Source: the human T2T-CHM13v2.0 reference genome, Homo sapiens. Taken from it: a stretch of DNA of 64,000 bases. The translations under genes were made by a program, and so were the position numbers. The notes below the pieces were generated by a model. That model was not told the DNA's origin. It searched no databases and worked only from the letters and a program-made list of their open reading frames with translations. The stretch is from the NCBI RefSeq assembly GCF_009914755.1, contig NC_060928.1, one strand, 5' to 3'. Shown one piece after another: positions 29,326 to 42,147 of the stretch. Every line of letters begins with the position of its first letter. The stretch's first letter is position 1.

Positions 29326-32300
29326 ATAATGGTGGTTATAGTGAAGTCTGATGGGTTCCAAGGTTAGAGCAAAGCCTTTGTCCATAGTAACTGTAATTAG
29401 GAAATTCCACAATTAACAGAGAACCTTCAAGAGTAGATGATTAGATATTATCTACCTTTGTATCCTGACAAAATGTCTGCCATATTACAGGCATTTAACA
29501 TATATAAAATGAACAAGAATGCAGCAGTAATCAATGCCATAGAGGAAAGGAAATAAATATACATATATATTATATATATGTACTATATATATTTATGTGT
29601 GCGTGTATATATGTGTGTGTATATATGTGTGTGTATGTATGTTTGCATGTGTATGTATATACTTTTGATATTTAAAAGAATAAGTAAATTGAAAAATAGG
29701 TATTATATAAGTTACTTCTGGTGGGAGAGATTGATTACTTGCACTTGATGTCGTATTAGCAATTGGCCAATTTTCCTGAAGGAAAATATTTAATATAAGA
29801 AATGGAAGTACAATTGGGGAAGTGGCCAATAAATGAAAAATGGAAAAAAAAATTACAAGTGGTTCATAAGTAAACAAACTAGATTCAACTTATTTATAGG
29901 GAAGTTGGATCAAATCCTAGGTTCCAGGCATACTACTTATAATTACAATTTGCTTAACTGGAATATAAAAATAAATTGAGAAGCTACCTCATTTTATCTA
30001 TTTTTGATGAACAGTGTTACAATTCTGGAAAAGCATATACATAATAATTATTTAAAATCCAATAGGTACCAGAAACTATGTAATTGAGTATGAGATGTAT
30101 GTTTTATAAAGGGCTTAAAATATATACACTTATAATTCTGAATAATTTATTCATATAATGAAGTAATGTGTAATCATTCAATAGTCTACCTATATATTTA
30201 ACATCTATATTATGTCAGTCATTGTTTTGAATGGATTTAAAATATGAAGTTTTTGTGCACAAAAATGCTTGCATCATGACCCTCTCTTTACATAATTTTG
30301 ATTGCTGTGCTAGAGTAACTTAGGGAGATAATTAAAATTTTATTTTTTGCAACTTAATATGGGATGGCACAGATCAAACTGTGCTGTGGAATATGGACTG
30401 AAAGTACTTTTGCAACCATGTAAGCCTTATAAATCTGATAGCCACACCCTTGCTTATATACTGTGTTTAAAGCACAGGCTGAGTCATAAGGCAAACCGCA
30501 TCCCATAATACATAGTAATTCGTATTTACGCTGTAGATGTTTAATCATCTTATTGAGTAATATTAATGGAGTAACACATAAATTGTGCATGCATTTAGGA
30601 GGTCCAAGAGACCCTTATACACAACATCACTGGTGTACCTATTCTTTGAACCTTGTGAAAAATTCTTGGACAACTTCACTGAAGTTATCATTAATCCCCA
30701 CTCTGCCTGCCTGTGTCTCAGGCCAGATGTTTTGTCTTTGGAATCAATTATAATTTAGCCAAGCAGCCTCTTCACCTGACACAAATGACTAACCATTCAG
30801 TCTAACCATGTAACCTACGCTAATGACATGATGTCTAATTTTAATGGCAAATACAAATAGACAGAAGGCTCAAACTCTACTATGGTAAACTAAATGCCCT
30901 GGAAAGAGCATTTAGTCAACTTTATTTGCCAGAATTATGTTGTACTGTTGCATAGGATCAAACAGCAGAAACTACTTAAGATACCAGTAAGGATTGCGGC
31001 TAGGCAAATATTCAACACTGGTTGGTAGAGGGAATGTAATGCTACTTGGCAGTTATACTTAGCTGCAGTATTCCTAATTCACAGGGCATTAAATGTGGCA
31101 CTTGAGAACCAATTTGTCTAAGGCTGGGATTTCCAAAGCAGCTGTCAATACTGCTTAGCAGCTGCAGGACCTTCTTTAAAATCCCTGATTCTGGAAGTGT
31201 TAATCACTGTTGGAAGACTTATGATTTCCAAAGGATCAGAAATGGAAAAAGTTTTCTACTCACAGTTGTCCCCTCAATCTAATATCAAGAAGAGAAAGAC
31301 TCAGAGCATATGTCTTGATAATCCATCCATCCCAAGCCCTTTGCAGAAGCTAATACTTATAAGCCCTTTTAAATTGCTAATTTTTAATAAATGCCTCACT
31401 GAAATAAGAAGACCATTAAAATCTATGCCATGTTACACGTAATAAAAAAAAATCCAGTTTTGTATTAGTGTAATTTCCAGCAAACGACCAAACTGCTCTT
31501 GTACTTCATGTTCCTGTTCACAGGTTATAATGATCTACACAAGAAATAAGCAAAAGAAAAACATAAAATGGAACTTCTGTTTACTCAGAACGAAAATACA
31601 AGAGTTTCTAAGATAAACATTTTGAGATAAGGAACAGTGCATTTAAAATTTGACATCCAATGTACTTTACAAAATGTGCTGTATCTCCTTGCAAGTTAGC
31701 TGACAAAACAGCATTAGTGAATAAATGTGAAGTGAGCCATTTTGATTCCTAACTTAATAAAATCAAATAATAATTGATAAGTGTGTAGTGCAGTCTCATT
31801 ACTACATTGTCAGTTTGCAATTAAGCACTGTATCTCACATTTCAAATTACCAGTTAATTCAATATTACTGTCTTTCTAGTAATGGGAGAAACTTCACAAA
31901 AAATTCAAGACCTGCCAAAGCAATTAACCTAGGTGCATAATTTCATCATAAAATTTGATTGATCCTGATTTATTATTCTTATGTTGGCATTAATCTCTTC
32001 CAAAACTGTCTAGTCACATGGCCAGAAGAGAACGGTGGACCTAATAATTTTTAGCAGTAATGGAGCTATAGACATGTAGAGAAAAAGTACAAGTACAGCT
32101 AATCCATAGGACAATTAAATACCTTTAGTGGTAAAATTTTATAGGTATCAGCTCCAGTTTGCTTAATTATTGTAAAAGCACCAGCTTCTGAATTCTAGCA
32201 GGAAGAGGTAAATACAAAACTTGGTGTTATTCTATGTTTGAAATAGAAAAAGAAATAGGGAACAAAGAGGTTATGCCAATTGCTTAAATCATTGAAGTCA

Positions 32301-33284
32301 TCAGCAATACAGGAGAGAGATTCAAAAAGTAGACACATATTCTGGATTCAGCTACTAACCCTTTGTGCTCTCTTTTTATATCTATGAATGTAGATTGCCA
32401 AAGGCACATAGCATCGTGTGCATTCATCAGTTAAATTTTTAGCAGACATTTTTCAGTGTTCTTGTTAGTTTTATAATGTACTTGGTTTACAAAGACGAAA
32501 ATGGAACCTTCTTGGTATGAACATATACATCATAAAATTGGAAATTAATAAAATGTAGAAGGGGTATAAAGAGAAATAGAAATAGTAGAGATTATTTTTA
32601 GTTAGGGGAACTTAAGAAAGATTTCACGACAGATGTTGCATTTAACCTGAAACCTGTAAGATTTGGAAATATTTTGATTTATGCACCAATTAGTAAATGG
32701 TGGAGGGAAGGGAGAGGACAAAGAGGCAGTAAAGGGCAGGGCAGGATGGAAAATAAAGAATGCAAGCCATATATAATGAAAAAGTAGACATCTTCTGTAT
32801 GTCAGGGAATGTACATTCCTCAAATACACAGGGTATCCTACATCTGGAAGAGCTTTTTAGCAACTATTATCTAAAATTACCAATTTCCAATGATTGACCC
32901 TGCAGCCTAGAAACAGCTCTGAACACTGCACTGAGAATAATGAACTGAAAATCCTAGCACTTCATGTGTTAATTTTCTGCATCATGCTCAATCAACATTT
33001 CCTACTGGAAATATATAACTATATTTCCAGAATATATATTATATAATATTCTGTATAAAAATCAAAAGAGTAAAATATCAAACATTATATTCACAGAACA
33101 GTTAAACTATATAAAATAGACCATGAAATAATGCAATCTGTAGGGTTTTATAAACCCTATGAATGAACTCCCAGTTCTTAAGAAGTTACAATAAAATAGG
33201 ACAAAGTCAGCTTCCAGACCTTGGAATATATATAGTACCTGAGTACCTGAATTCTGGGTTTGGAGCAAGCTATTCTTGTGAGCT

Positions 33285-35124
33285 TGTATTAGTAAAGGTA
33301 CTCCACAGAAACACAGCCAACGGGATAAATAGGTGGGCATATAGATGCTGACTGATAGGTAGAGGGATAGATAGATGAAAGAGAGAAAGGGAAAAGAGAG
33401 TTGAATCATGTGATATTGTAGGGGCTGGAAAGTGCAAAATGTGCAGGGAAGACTGGTAGTTAGGGAGCCAGGGAAGAGTTTATGATTCAGTCTTGAAGCC
33501 AAAGGCAGTCTGCAGCCTGAGTCTCTTCTTCCTAGAGGAACCTCAGTCAATCTTTAAAGTGCTCATCTGACTGGTTGAGGCCCAACTACATTATAGAGGG
33601 TAAACTGTTTACTCAAAAACTACTGATTTCAATGTGAATCACATCTAAATAATACCTTCACAGCAACATCTGAACTGGAATTTAGCCAAATACAGTCATG
33701 CACTGCCTAATGACATTTTCAGTCAATGATGTACAACGTTGGTACCATAAAATTACAATGCAGCTGAAAAATTCCCATCACCTAGTGATGTTGTGGCCAT
33801 TCTAACGTCCTAGCACAACAGATTACTTACATCTTTCTGGTGATGCTGATATAAACAAACCTATTATGCTGCCAGTTGTTTAAAAGTATAATACACACAA
33901 TTATGCACAGTGCATAGTATTTGGTAATGGTAATGGTAATAAATAACTAACTTAATACTGGTTTACATATTTACCATACAATAATTTCTATCATTATTTC
34001 AGATTATCCTCTTTCTACTTTATACACACACAGACACAACAAATATATATGTTAACTGTATTATATATATACATAACACATATATATGTTAACTGTAAAA
34101 TGACAGAAAGTATAGCATAATAAATACATAAATGAAAATACACACACATATGTTATATATATAATATATAAATATATTATAATGTAATGTATATGATGTA
34201 TTTATGTATTTGTATACAATATGTATATGTACCATTATATATGTTAACTGTAAAACATCCTCAGGCAAGTCCTTCAGTAGGTATTCCAGACGACGTATTG
34301 TTATCAGATCAGATGACAGCTTTATGCATGTTATTGCCCCTGAAGACCTTCTAGTGGGACAAGATGTGGAGGTGGAGGACAGTAATGATGATGATTCTGA
34401 CCATGTAGACTAATGTGTAGGATTTTTAGTTTTTAACAAAATGTTGAAAAAGCTAAAAAAAAAATTGAAAAAAGCAAAAGCTTACAAAATAATGACACAA
34501 AGAAAATACTTTGTACAGTTGTAAAATGTTTTTAAGCTGTTATGAAAATGTCAAACTTATAATAAATTTATAAAATAAAAAATTCAGTAAGCTGATAATA
34601 ATTTGTTATTGAAGAAAGAAATTAAAAAATTAATTTAGTGTATTCTAAGTGCACAGTGTTTATAAGGTCTAAAGTAGTGCAAAGTAATGTCCAGGCCTTC
34701 ACATTCACTCACCACTCACTCACTGACTCACCCAGAGCAACTTCCCTGTCTGCAAGCCTTCAGTAATAAGCCTCTTATGCAGGTATACCATTTTTATCTT
34801 TTATACCATATTTTTACTGTATTTTTCTATGTTTAGGTATGTTTAGATATGCAAATGCTTATTGTGTTACAATTACCTGCGACATTCAGTTTAATAATAT
34901 TCTTTACAGGTTTGTATCCTAGAAGCATTGGGCTATATGATACAGCCACAGTATGTAGTAGACTATACCATGTAGGTTTGTGTAAATACATTCTGTGATG
35001 TTTCCACAATGGTGAAATTGACTAAAGATACATTTCTTATAATGTGTCTCTGTCCTTAAGTGATACATAACTGTATTTGGGCACCATAGCCTGGCTAAGT
35101 TGACATGTAAAATTAACCATCACA
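33285..35124 (-). mobile_element. MLT2 (ERVL) solo LTR split by a Tigger element; 5-bp TSD GAGCT
   Basis: Termini tgtattagt... and ...gttgacatgtaaaattaaccatcaca (reverse complement of the MLT2 start TGTGATGGTTAATTTT); gagct at 33280-33284 and 35125-35129. Confidence 0.85.
33693..35073. mobile_element. Tigger3/Golem-type Tc1-mariner non-autonomous element nested in MLT2
   Basis: TA-flanked ends ta|cagtcatgcactgcctaatgac and gtccttaagtgatacataactg|ta; internal ggacaagatgtggaggtggaggacagt and cacattcactcaccactcactcactgactcacccagagcaactt motifs. Confidence 0.88.
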
Positions 35125-36357
35125 GAGCTATTAACAGTAGGAATAGACACCCATGGATTGAGAACGCTTTTATAAAAATTATCCATGTGTTTCTTTTCCA
35201 GACAAGGGACAATTTATACTGTGGCAAGAAGGAACATATTCCTCCATCTCATGTTCTCTATGAAAATCTGTATTCTTGTCATTTTGTTCCATCTCTTGGT
35301 CTCTCTGAAGTTTGCTTCATATTTCTCAATTGAGTGGATGTAATATATTAAAAATCCATTACCTATAGATTATTGTCTCTGTTTATTTCTCTGCACTTTG
35401 AACTTGATCTGAATGACCATGAAATCTGAAAAGAAGTGATCTACACTGAAAACATAAGAGTATTGAGTGATGTTTCAAGAAAATAAGGGCAGAAAAACCA
35501 TTGTGATGCTAGCTTCGCATGTGCGATGAATTTTTTAATTAAGTGAGATATAATAGAAGTGTGTTTACCTGTTTTTTAAACCTATTTTAAACTTACTTTG
35601 CCTCTGCTGAGATTCAATACTGATTTAAAACGGAGCAGTTCTTAGTAAAAATACTAATATTTGACAGATTTTAGATATATTTATGATAATATAATTTTTA
35701 TTTAAAATCTAGCAATCTGGCAAAAGAGTAAAGAATTTCATGAAGTTAGTTTATGTCAAGAGTTGTCATATGCCATAAAATAATTTAAAAAATAATTATC
35801 CAAAAACATGCCTACTATTTTTGATAAATTAGAAATGTTTTCATAAACCTTTATTAAATTTAAATAAATATATATTTGATAGCCTTTCATTTAAGCAGGG
35901 AAAGCTAATGTAATTCCCTTCACAATATTTTCATTTGCTTTCCAGATTCCATCAAATTGTTTTTGCCCAGTGACTATTCTATATTGCCAAGCTCTATCTT
36001 CTCATTTTTTCCTGCTTTTCCCTCATTTTAATTGAGATACAAGGAAGCCTTTCCAAGATCATACAACGTGTAAGAGATTCTGATCATGTACTCCACAATT
36101 TTAAACTCTTTACCGTAACTCAGGTCATCCATATGAGGCAAAAATTTTTAAACCAGAGAAATGAAATTTATATTTTGACAATTAGTAGTTTTGGTCACTT
36201 ATTTCATACTTACCTTTCTTTTATCTTGTTTTTTACTTTCATGGCATTTGTATCTATGTTATCACTGTGGGTTATTTGGATGAATAAATGATTGAATAAG
36301 TCTAACCTGCATGGAGCACGCTTCCTAAGTATGAAACATAGTATGGTAACAAATATA

Positions 36358-36696
36358 CAAAAGATCCCCTTTATTCATGGGGATACATTCCAAGATCCCC
36401 ATTGAATGCCTGCAATCTTGAATAGTTGGGAACCCTATATATACCATGTTTTTTCCTATACATAAGTACCTATGATAATGTTCAACTGATAAATTACGCA
36501 CAATAAGAGACTGACAACAATGAATGATACAATATAATTTTAATAACAAAATACTGTACTGAAAGTTCTATGAATGTGATCTCTACCTTCTTTTCAAAAT
36601 ATCTTACTGTACTGTGTTCACCTATTTTTGGATCATTGTTGACCATGGGTAACTGAAACCACAGAAAGCAAAACCACAGATAAGGAGGGACTATTG
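36358..36696. mobile_element. MER2-like Tigger-derived MITE
   Basis: TA-flanked; ggggatacattccaagatcccc...gggtaactgaaaccacagaaagcaaaaccacagataaggagggactattg. Confidence 0.82.
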
Positions 36697-37974
36697 TATA
36701 AACACACTCAAACTATACTTCCCCATTACAGTTTATTACCAATTAACAGCATGATAAGAAGTTCTCTGTGACAAATGATTGATATTCAGATGAAGGTTCT
36801 GCTTCCTAGAAAAGCTTCATAGCCAATAGGCAAACTTGCTTTCTATCCACATGTGCAACATTTGTTATAGATTGGTTCAGTGCTAAACAGCTAGATTAAT
36901 TGCTGTATGATCTGAATGGGAAAAGTGTTTCTACATCTGTGACTGCCCTGTACTAAAAATATTTTCTTGATGTCTGAATTAGTCTGTCCATCTGAGCAAG
37001 AGAGAACACTATATTTGGAAATGATATATTTAGAAATAGTCCACGTGACTCATGTTTTAAATTATTTATATTATTACCAGTTTATAAAATGCTTACTGTT
37101 GTCCACAGTCCAGCTGCAGAAAATGAAAAACTTTCCAACATTGTATCCTGCTAGTGGGGCATTATTTGCACTGCTGTCGGAAGCACTTGCTGCTTCTGTT
37201 TACCTGAGGAGTTTGAATCCTATTGCACATGTCACAAAGCTAGGTACCCCTACCAGGAAATCCAAGGCTTATCATACAGTTTTAACAATTTCAGTTATGG
37301 TAATTTGTTACAATTTTTATTATAACAAAATGTCCGAAGTCAAGATATTTAAATAAGTTTTCTCTGCTTCACATTTTAATTAAACTGAAGAGCAGCTGGT
37401 GTTAGTTCAAATTCATTGCCAATCTAAGACAAACCTTTACTACATTGTTTTAAGCCTTTGCTAGATATAAAAATAACACATTGAATAAGGAATAAGGTAT
37501 TGTCTTTTAATTACGTACATAATTTTAAATACTTTCCAGATAATCAATAGAACAAATACTGAATATATCCAAAGTATGCATTACAGTAAGAGTAATGTGT
37601 AGTACAAAGAACACTGATTGGATGGAATGGGAAAATTTTGTCATAATTCTGATTCTGAGACTTACTAGAGTAGGGTGCTGACCGAGTCACTTATACACTC
37701 TTATTGGTGAAATGTGGGCAAAAGGCAAGATCATAATTATTATATTTCCCAGCTCTAAGACTCTATGATCATGAAAACATTATAAAATATTAGAAATTAA
37801 TATATATATATTTTAAAAAGTCCTACCTATAAGGAGGGATAAAGCCTAAGATGAACACGGTTTCTTTCAATGACTCTTCCTCATACAAATACTTTCAGTC
37901 CGTAAGTACCATTGTTTACTTTCCTTTAATCCTACCTAATCCCTACTAAATTTATAGGTGAAAATGGCCTAGAC

Positions 37975-38300
37975 TAGTAATCTCCAAACCTGGTTGACTA
38001 GAATTCTCTGATAAGCACTTTCAAAATTCTTTTTGTTAATTTTTAACTTTTTTACTTTGAACATTTTATTTTAAAATTTTACTTAGAATTTTATTTTAAA
38101 AAATTAGAGGCAAGAGCTCACTGTATTGCCCGAGCTGGTTTTGAACTCCTGAGCTCAGGTGATCCTTCCGCCTCGGCCTCCTGAAGTGCTAGGAATACAG
38201 GCATGAGCCACTGTGCCCAGCCAGCATTTTCAAAATTCTAATTCCAGGACTCCATCTGAGATTACTGTATCCGAATCCCCTGGCCTGAGAACTTGGTTTT
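37975..38300. mobile_element. MER5-like hAT MITE interrupted by an Alu monomer
   Basis: agtaatctccaaacctggttgactagaattc...[Alu]...ttccaggactccatctgagattactgtatccgaatccc. Confidence 0.55.
38031..38222 (-). mobile_element. Free left Alu monomer (FLAM_C-like) with long degenerate tail and 17-bp TSD
   Basis: Monomer ~38105-38222; TSD agcactttcaaaattct (38014-38030) / agcattttcaaaattct (38223-38239). Confidence 0.85.
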
Positions 38301-38521
38301 TTCTTTTTCACAAAATTGCCTTTTTCCTGTCTATCATTTGGGGTTATGAAGGTTTGAAAAACTATGGCTTTATATTCCATTTCTTTACCAGGGTGTAAAT
38401 ATCTACAAAAAATTTAAAAAATCAAATAAAAGAAGAAAGAAAGAAAGGTCCTTGCTATATAAAGAAAATTCTATCTAATTGCAGAATTCCAGGACATTTA
38501 AGTGCATTTTGGAGTTTATAT

Positions 38522-38840
38522 AATATCTTTTGCAGCAACATGGATGGAACTGGAGGCCATTGAGTGAAACAACTCAGATAAAGAAAGATAAATACAAATA
38601 TTTCCATTTATAAGTGGGAACGTAAAACTCTGTACACATGGATGTAGTGTGTGGAATGAGAGACAATGGAGATTCAGGAGGGTGGAGTGGCAGAGTGGTG
38701 AGGAAGATAATAAATTCCTTAACGGGTAAATGTACATTATTGTGATGATGGCTACCCTAAAAGCCTGACTTCACCACAGCACAACCTATCCATGTGACAA
38801 AATTATACTTGTACCCCATACAATCCTATAAATTAAAAAA
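38522..38840 (+). mobile_element. L1PB/L1MA 3' end
   Basis: ttttgcagcaacatggatggaactggaggccatt...atccatgtgacaaaattatacttgtacccc...aaaaaa. Confidence 0.82.
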
Positions 38841-39085
38841 TCTACAGATGAGAAAAATTGTCTAGGACTCTTCAATCTGAATCATGGAGGCTACCATTTT
38901 TCTAAACAGTAGCTCTTTATACTAAAATCTATATGAAAATATGTGTGTTTGTGCGTGTATGCATATGTACATTTAAGGAAATTTTGGTTTTTAACATTCA
39001 ACTAACATATGTATCTCTACACAGTTTTAGAATGTAATCTCCTAACATGACAAAATATGAACTACCTAAATTTATCTTAGGTCAT

Positions 39086-39088
<3 letters not shown>

Positions 39089-39125
<37 letters not shown>
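39089..39125. repeat. (TA)18 microsatellite
   Basis: Direct reading. Confidence 0.92.
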
Positions 39126-39127
<2 letters not shown>

Positions 39128-39442
39128 TAAATTACTTTTTCTTAGATATGTATGGTTGGATGTGTGTTTTTATTATTAGCAAAGTCACTCTTTTCTGATA
39201 AATAAATGTGTAAATAAAGGTGTAAAAAATTAGGAATCATAAGAGTATGTTTGAATCAGCTATAACATCTGAGATTTGGAATAGTGACTTGGAGCAGCCA
39301 GTTAAAGCAAGGCCAAAAACCAAGTTTTAAGTACATTTATGATAGTCATGAGCTGAAGCAAACTAGACATTCATTCTGTCAGAACATTGCCCACAAACCT
39401 GCCCTGAGGCCAGAATTACCAAGCAGTACATTCTACAACATT

Positions 39443-39599
39443 CTATGATTACTAACCCATAAAAAACTAAAAAAATTGTAACCAATTCAAGACTGTTTGC
39501 CTTGAGGTATCTATCTTGAAGTTTCAAAAAATTCAAAAAATTTTTGAATTTGTTTTCTAGGCATTCAAAATATTCACTTTCAATATTTGACCAAAATCT
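39443..39599 (+). repeat. Left arm of ~157-bp inverted repeat (right arm 41488-41645)
   Basis: Reverse complement of 41488-41645 matches with 8 substitutions and 1 indel by my count. Confidence 0.93.
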
Positions 39600-39817
39600 G
39601 AGAGGTCTAGGGTGTGTATATATATAGCCTGAAGAAATAATAATGGTGGCTAAAATATTTAATAATAATATTACTCTTAATTACAGCAAATTGGAACTAT
39701 TCCACATGTAAAATAATTCATTACTAAATAATATGCAACATTTAACGGATTTCTTAAAAGTAATGACATAGTATATCATTACTTTTAAAAAATCCGTTAA
39801 ATGTTGCATATTATTTA

Positions 39818-40048
39818 CAATGAGAACACATGGACACAGGAAGGGGAACATCACACACTGGGGACTGTTGTGGGGTAGGGGGAGGGGGGAGGGATAGCAT
39901 TAGGAGATATACCTAATGCTAAATGACAAGTTAATGGGTGCAGCACACCAACATGGCACATGTATACATATGTAACAAACCTGCACGTTGTGCACATGTA
40001 CCCTAAAACTTAAAGTATAATAATAGCAATAAAATATTTTTAAAAAAA
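39818..40048 (+). mobile_element. Short 5'-truncated L1PA (L1PA4-like) 3' end with 20-bp TSD
   Basis: caatgagaacacatggacacagg...gtaccctaaaacttaaagtataataat; TSD aaaagtaatgacatagtata at 39756-39775 and 40045-40064; TT/AAAA target. Confidence 0.93.
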
Positions 40049-41487
40049 GTAATGACATAGTATAACACATAGAAAAACATAATACTATAAAACAGTGAGG
40101 TTAATAAAGCATTGGGTAAAACTATGTACATAAAGTTATGATCATAACAATGGTGACCACTAGATATAATATTTCAGGATATTTTAAATTTTTTCTTCTA
40201 TCTAAATTAAATTTCTAATTTTCTTGGTTGAGTATGTATTTCTTTTATAATAAAAAACTATTTTTATGAAGAACATCTTTAGAAGAAAATAGCATTAGGA
40301 TCACCATTTACAATTTAAAATAGGTATAACTTCACACACAGAATTTTTTTTGCCTTTTCCCTTCTCTCTCAGTCTAATTTGCATTTTTAGTCATCTTCCC
40401 TGCTAGGTTTTATGTCTTCTGAAGAAAGGATGACATATCTTTTCTGATATCTTTTTTTAACAATGAACCAATTGTCACTATAATAAATGGTAAATAAATA
40501 TATGACAGACAAATAAAACAATGAAATATATATATACATATAAAATGTGTATTTGAATTAAGAAATAAAATTATTTTGATAATTTTTAGAGATTCTAAGG
40601 TTAATCTAATTTCCTAATACTAGGAACTTTCACTTCATATTTATAGAGTCAATGAACACACTGGATAAAAGAAACAGCGATGAAAATGACTTTTATTTAT
40701 TTCTAATATTTAATTTTTTCTCTATAAATGTTGAATCAAAAGTAGCTAAATTTTTTATTATTTTAAAATAAGATCTGTTAAAAAATATATTTTATGTAGT
40801 GACAAAAAGTTAATATATGCAGAAGAAAAGAAATTAAAACTATAGTTTCAAGCTTTAAAATACTGCAAACACCAAGAAAATAAACTTATAATAGATTTTA
40901 AAAATACAAATGTGTTTCCTAAAGTACTGCAATTAATCACATCTAAGAAGACTAATACCTTTTTCTTCCCCACCATTGGCATATGCAGGTCAGTTATCTA
41001 AATAGCAAACAAAATCTTATTTCCAAGCATTTGCCATTTCAAAATTCTTCAAGCTAATGCACTTGGCAAGAATTGCCTCTTTCCAGTTAATATAGTAAAA
41101 TGAATAAAAAGGGTTTCTTTGATGTGTAGAAACTATAGCTAAAGGTTTTATCTCCTAAAACTAGAAGCCCAGAAACATACAAGGGAGAGAGGGACAGAGA
41201 AAGGGAGGGTGGCAGGGAGAAAAAGAGAGGGTGAGAAAGAGATCAGCCTATGGAATGCCGGAACCAATTGCATGAACCACCCTAGAAACATGTGTTTCTT
41301 GCAATGGAATAAATTATATGGAAAGAATATCTCTATGAGCACCAGTTTTCTCCATATGTTTAGAATGCTTAAATACAAGTTATATGTCTTGAGAGTTTAT
41401 TATCAAAATGAGTTTGAAAAGTTAAAGAGGCTTACTTAAAAGTCAGTTCTCACCATTTTGAACTGCCTCTTAAAGCTATTTGACCAT

Positions 41488-41645
41488 AGATTTTGGTCAA
41501 ATATTGAAAGTGAATATTTTGAATTTTTATAAAACAAATTAAAAAATTTTTTGAATTTTTTGACACTTCAAGATAGATACCTCAAGGTAGACAGTCTTGA
41601 ATTGGTTACAATTTTTTCTAGTTTTTTATGGGTTAGTAATCATAG
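41488..41645 (-). repeat. Right arm of ~157-bp inverted repeat
   Basis: See 39443-39599. Confidence 0.93.
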
Positions 41646-42085
41646 CCTATCTACATTAAGGTTGGATACTTGGCCATTTCACTTAAATAAAGGAAAAACA
41701 ATATTATTGAGAAAAATCCCTCATTTACATTCTATAATAAATAATGTTTGTGACTTCTGTAGCTCCACATACATTTTTGTTTAAAAAGTTTTGTTTTTTT
41801 TTTTCCTTTTGTAGAAAGCAATTCGATTTTCGTTTTCTGTTAAAAAAGATTCTGAAAATGGGCATTCCTGTTACATATTTCTGCACAGGCCAGAATGAAA
41901 GCATTCTGTCATTTGCTAAGTTAGCCTGATCCTCTTTGCCTACTGCTCACCCCTTTGTAGTCCTCTCCAGCATGCACTTATTTTGAAGTATAGCCCAGGT
42001 GACTTCCCAGCTCCTTTTTAAATTGTCGTCTTCGTAACTGGTGCCCTTGTTCCTCAGCCCTGTCTCCGTTACTAAGAGGAATCAG

Positions 42086-42147
42086 AATTTCTAGCAGGAA
42101 GATTCTACCCAGTTTCAATTTCCAGCAGGAAGATTCTATCTAGTTTC
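42086..42147. repeat. 31-bp tandem duplication with 3 mismatches
   Basis: aatttctagcaggaagattctacccagtttc / aatttccagcaggaagattctatctagtttc. Confidence 0.88.

Noticed and set aside
33107-33550. 147-aa minus-strand ORF
   Set aside because: Largely MLT2 LTR sequence; no ATG start or recognisable domain.
39443-41645. Inverted arms read as terminal inverted repeats of a new DNA transposon
   Set aside because: No target-site duplication outside the arms, no familiar terminal motif and no transposase remnant in the spacer; the same applies to 57264-59377.
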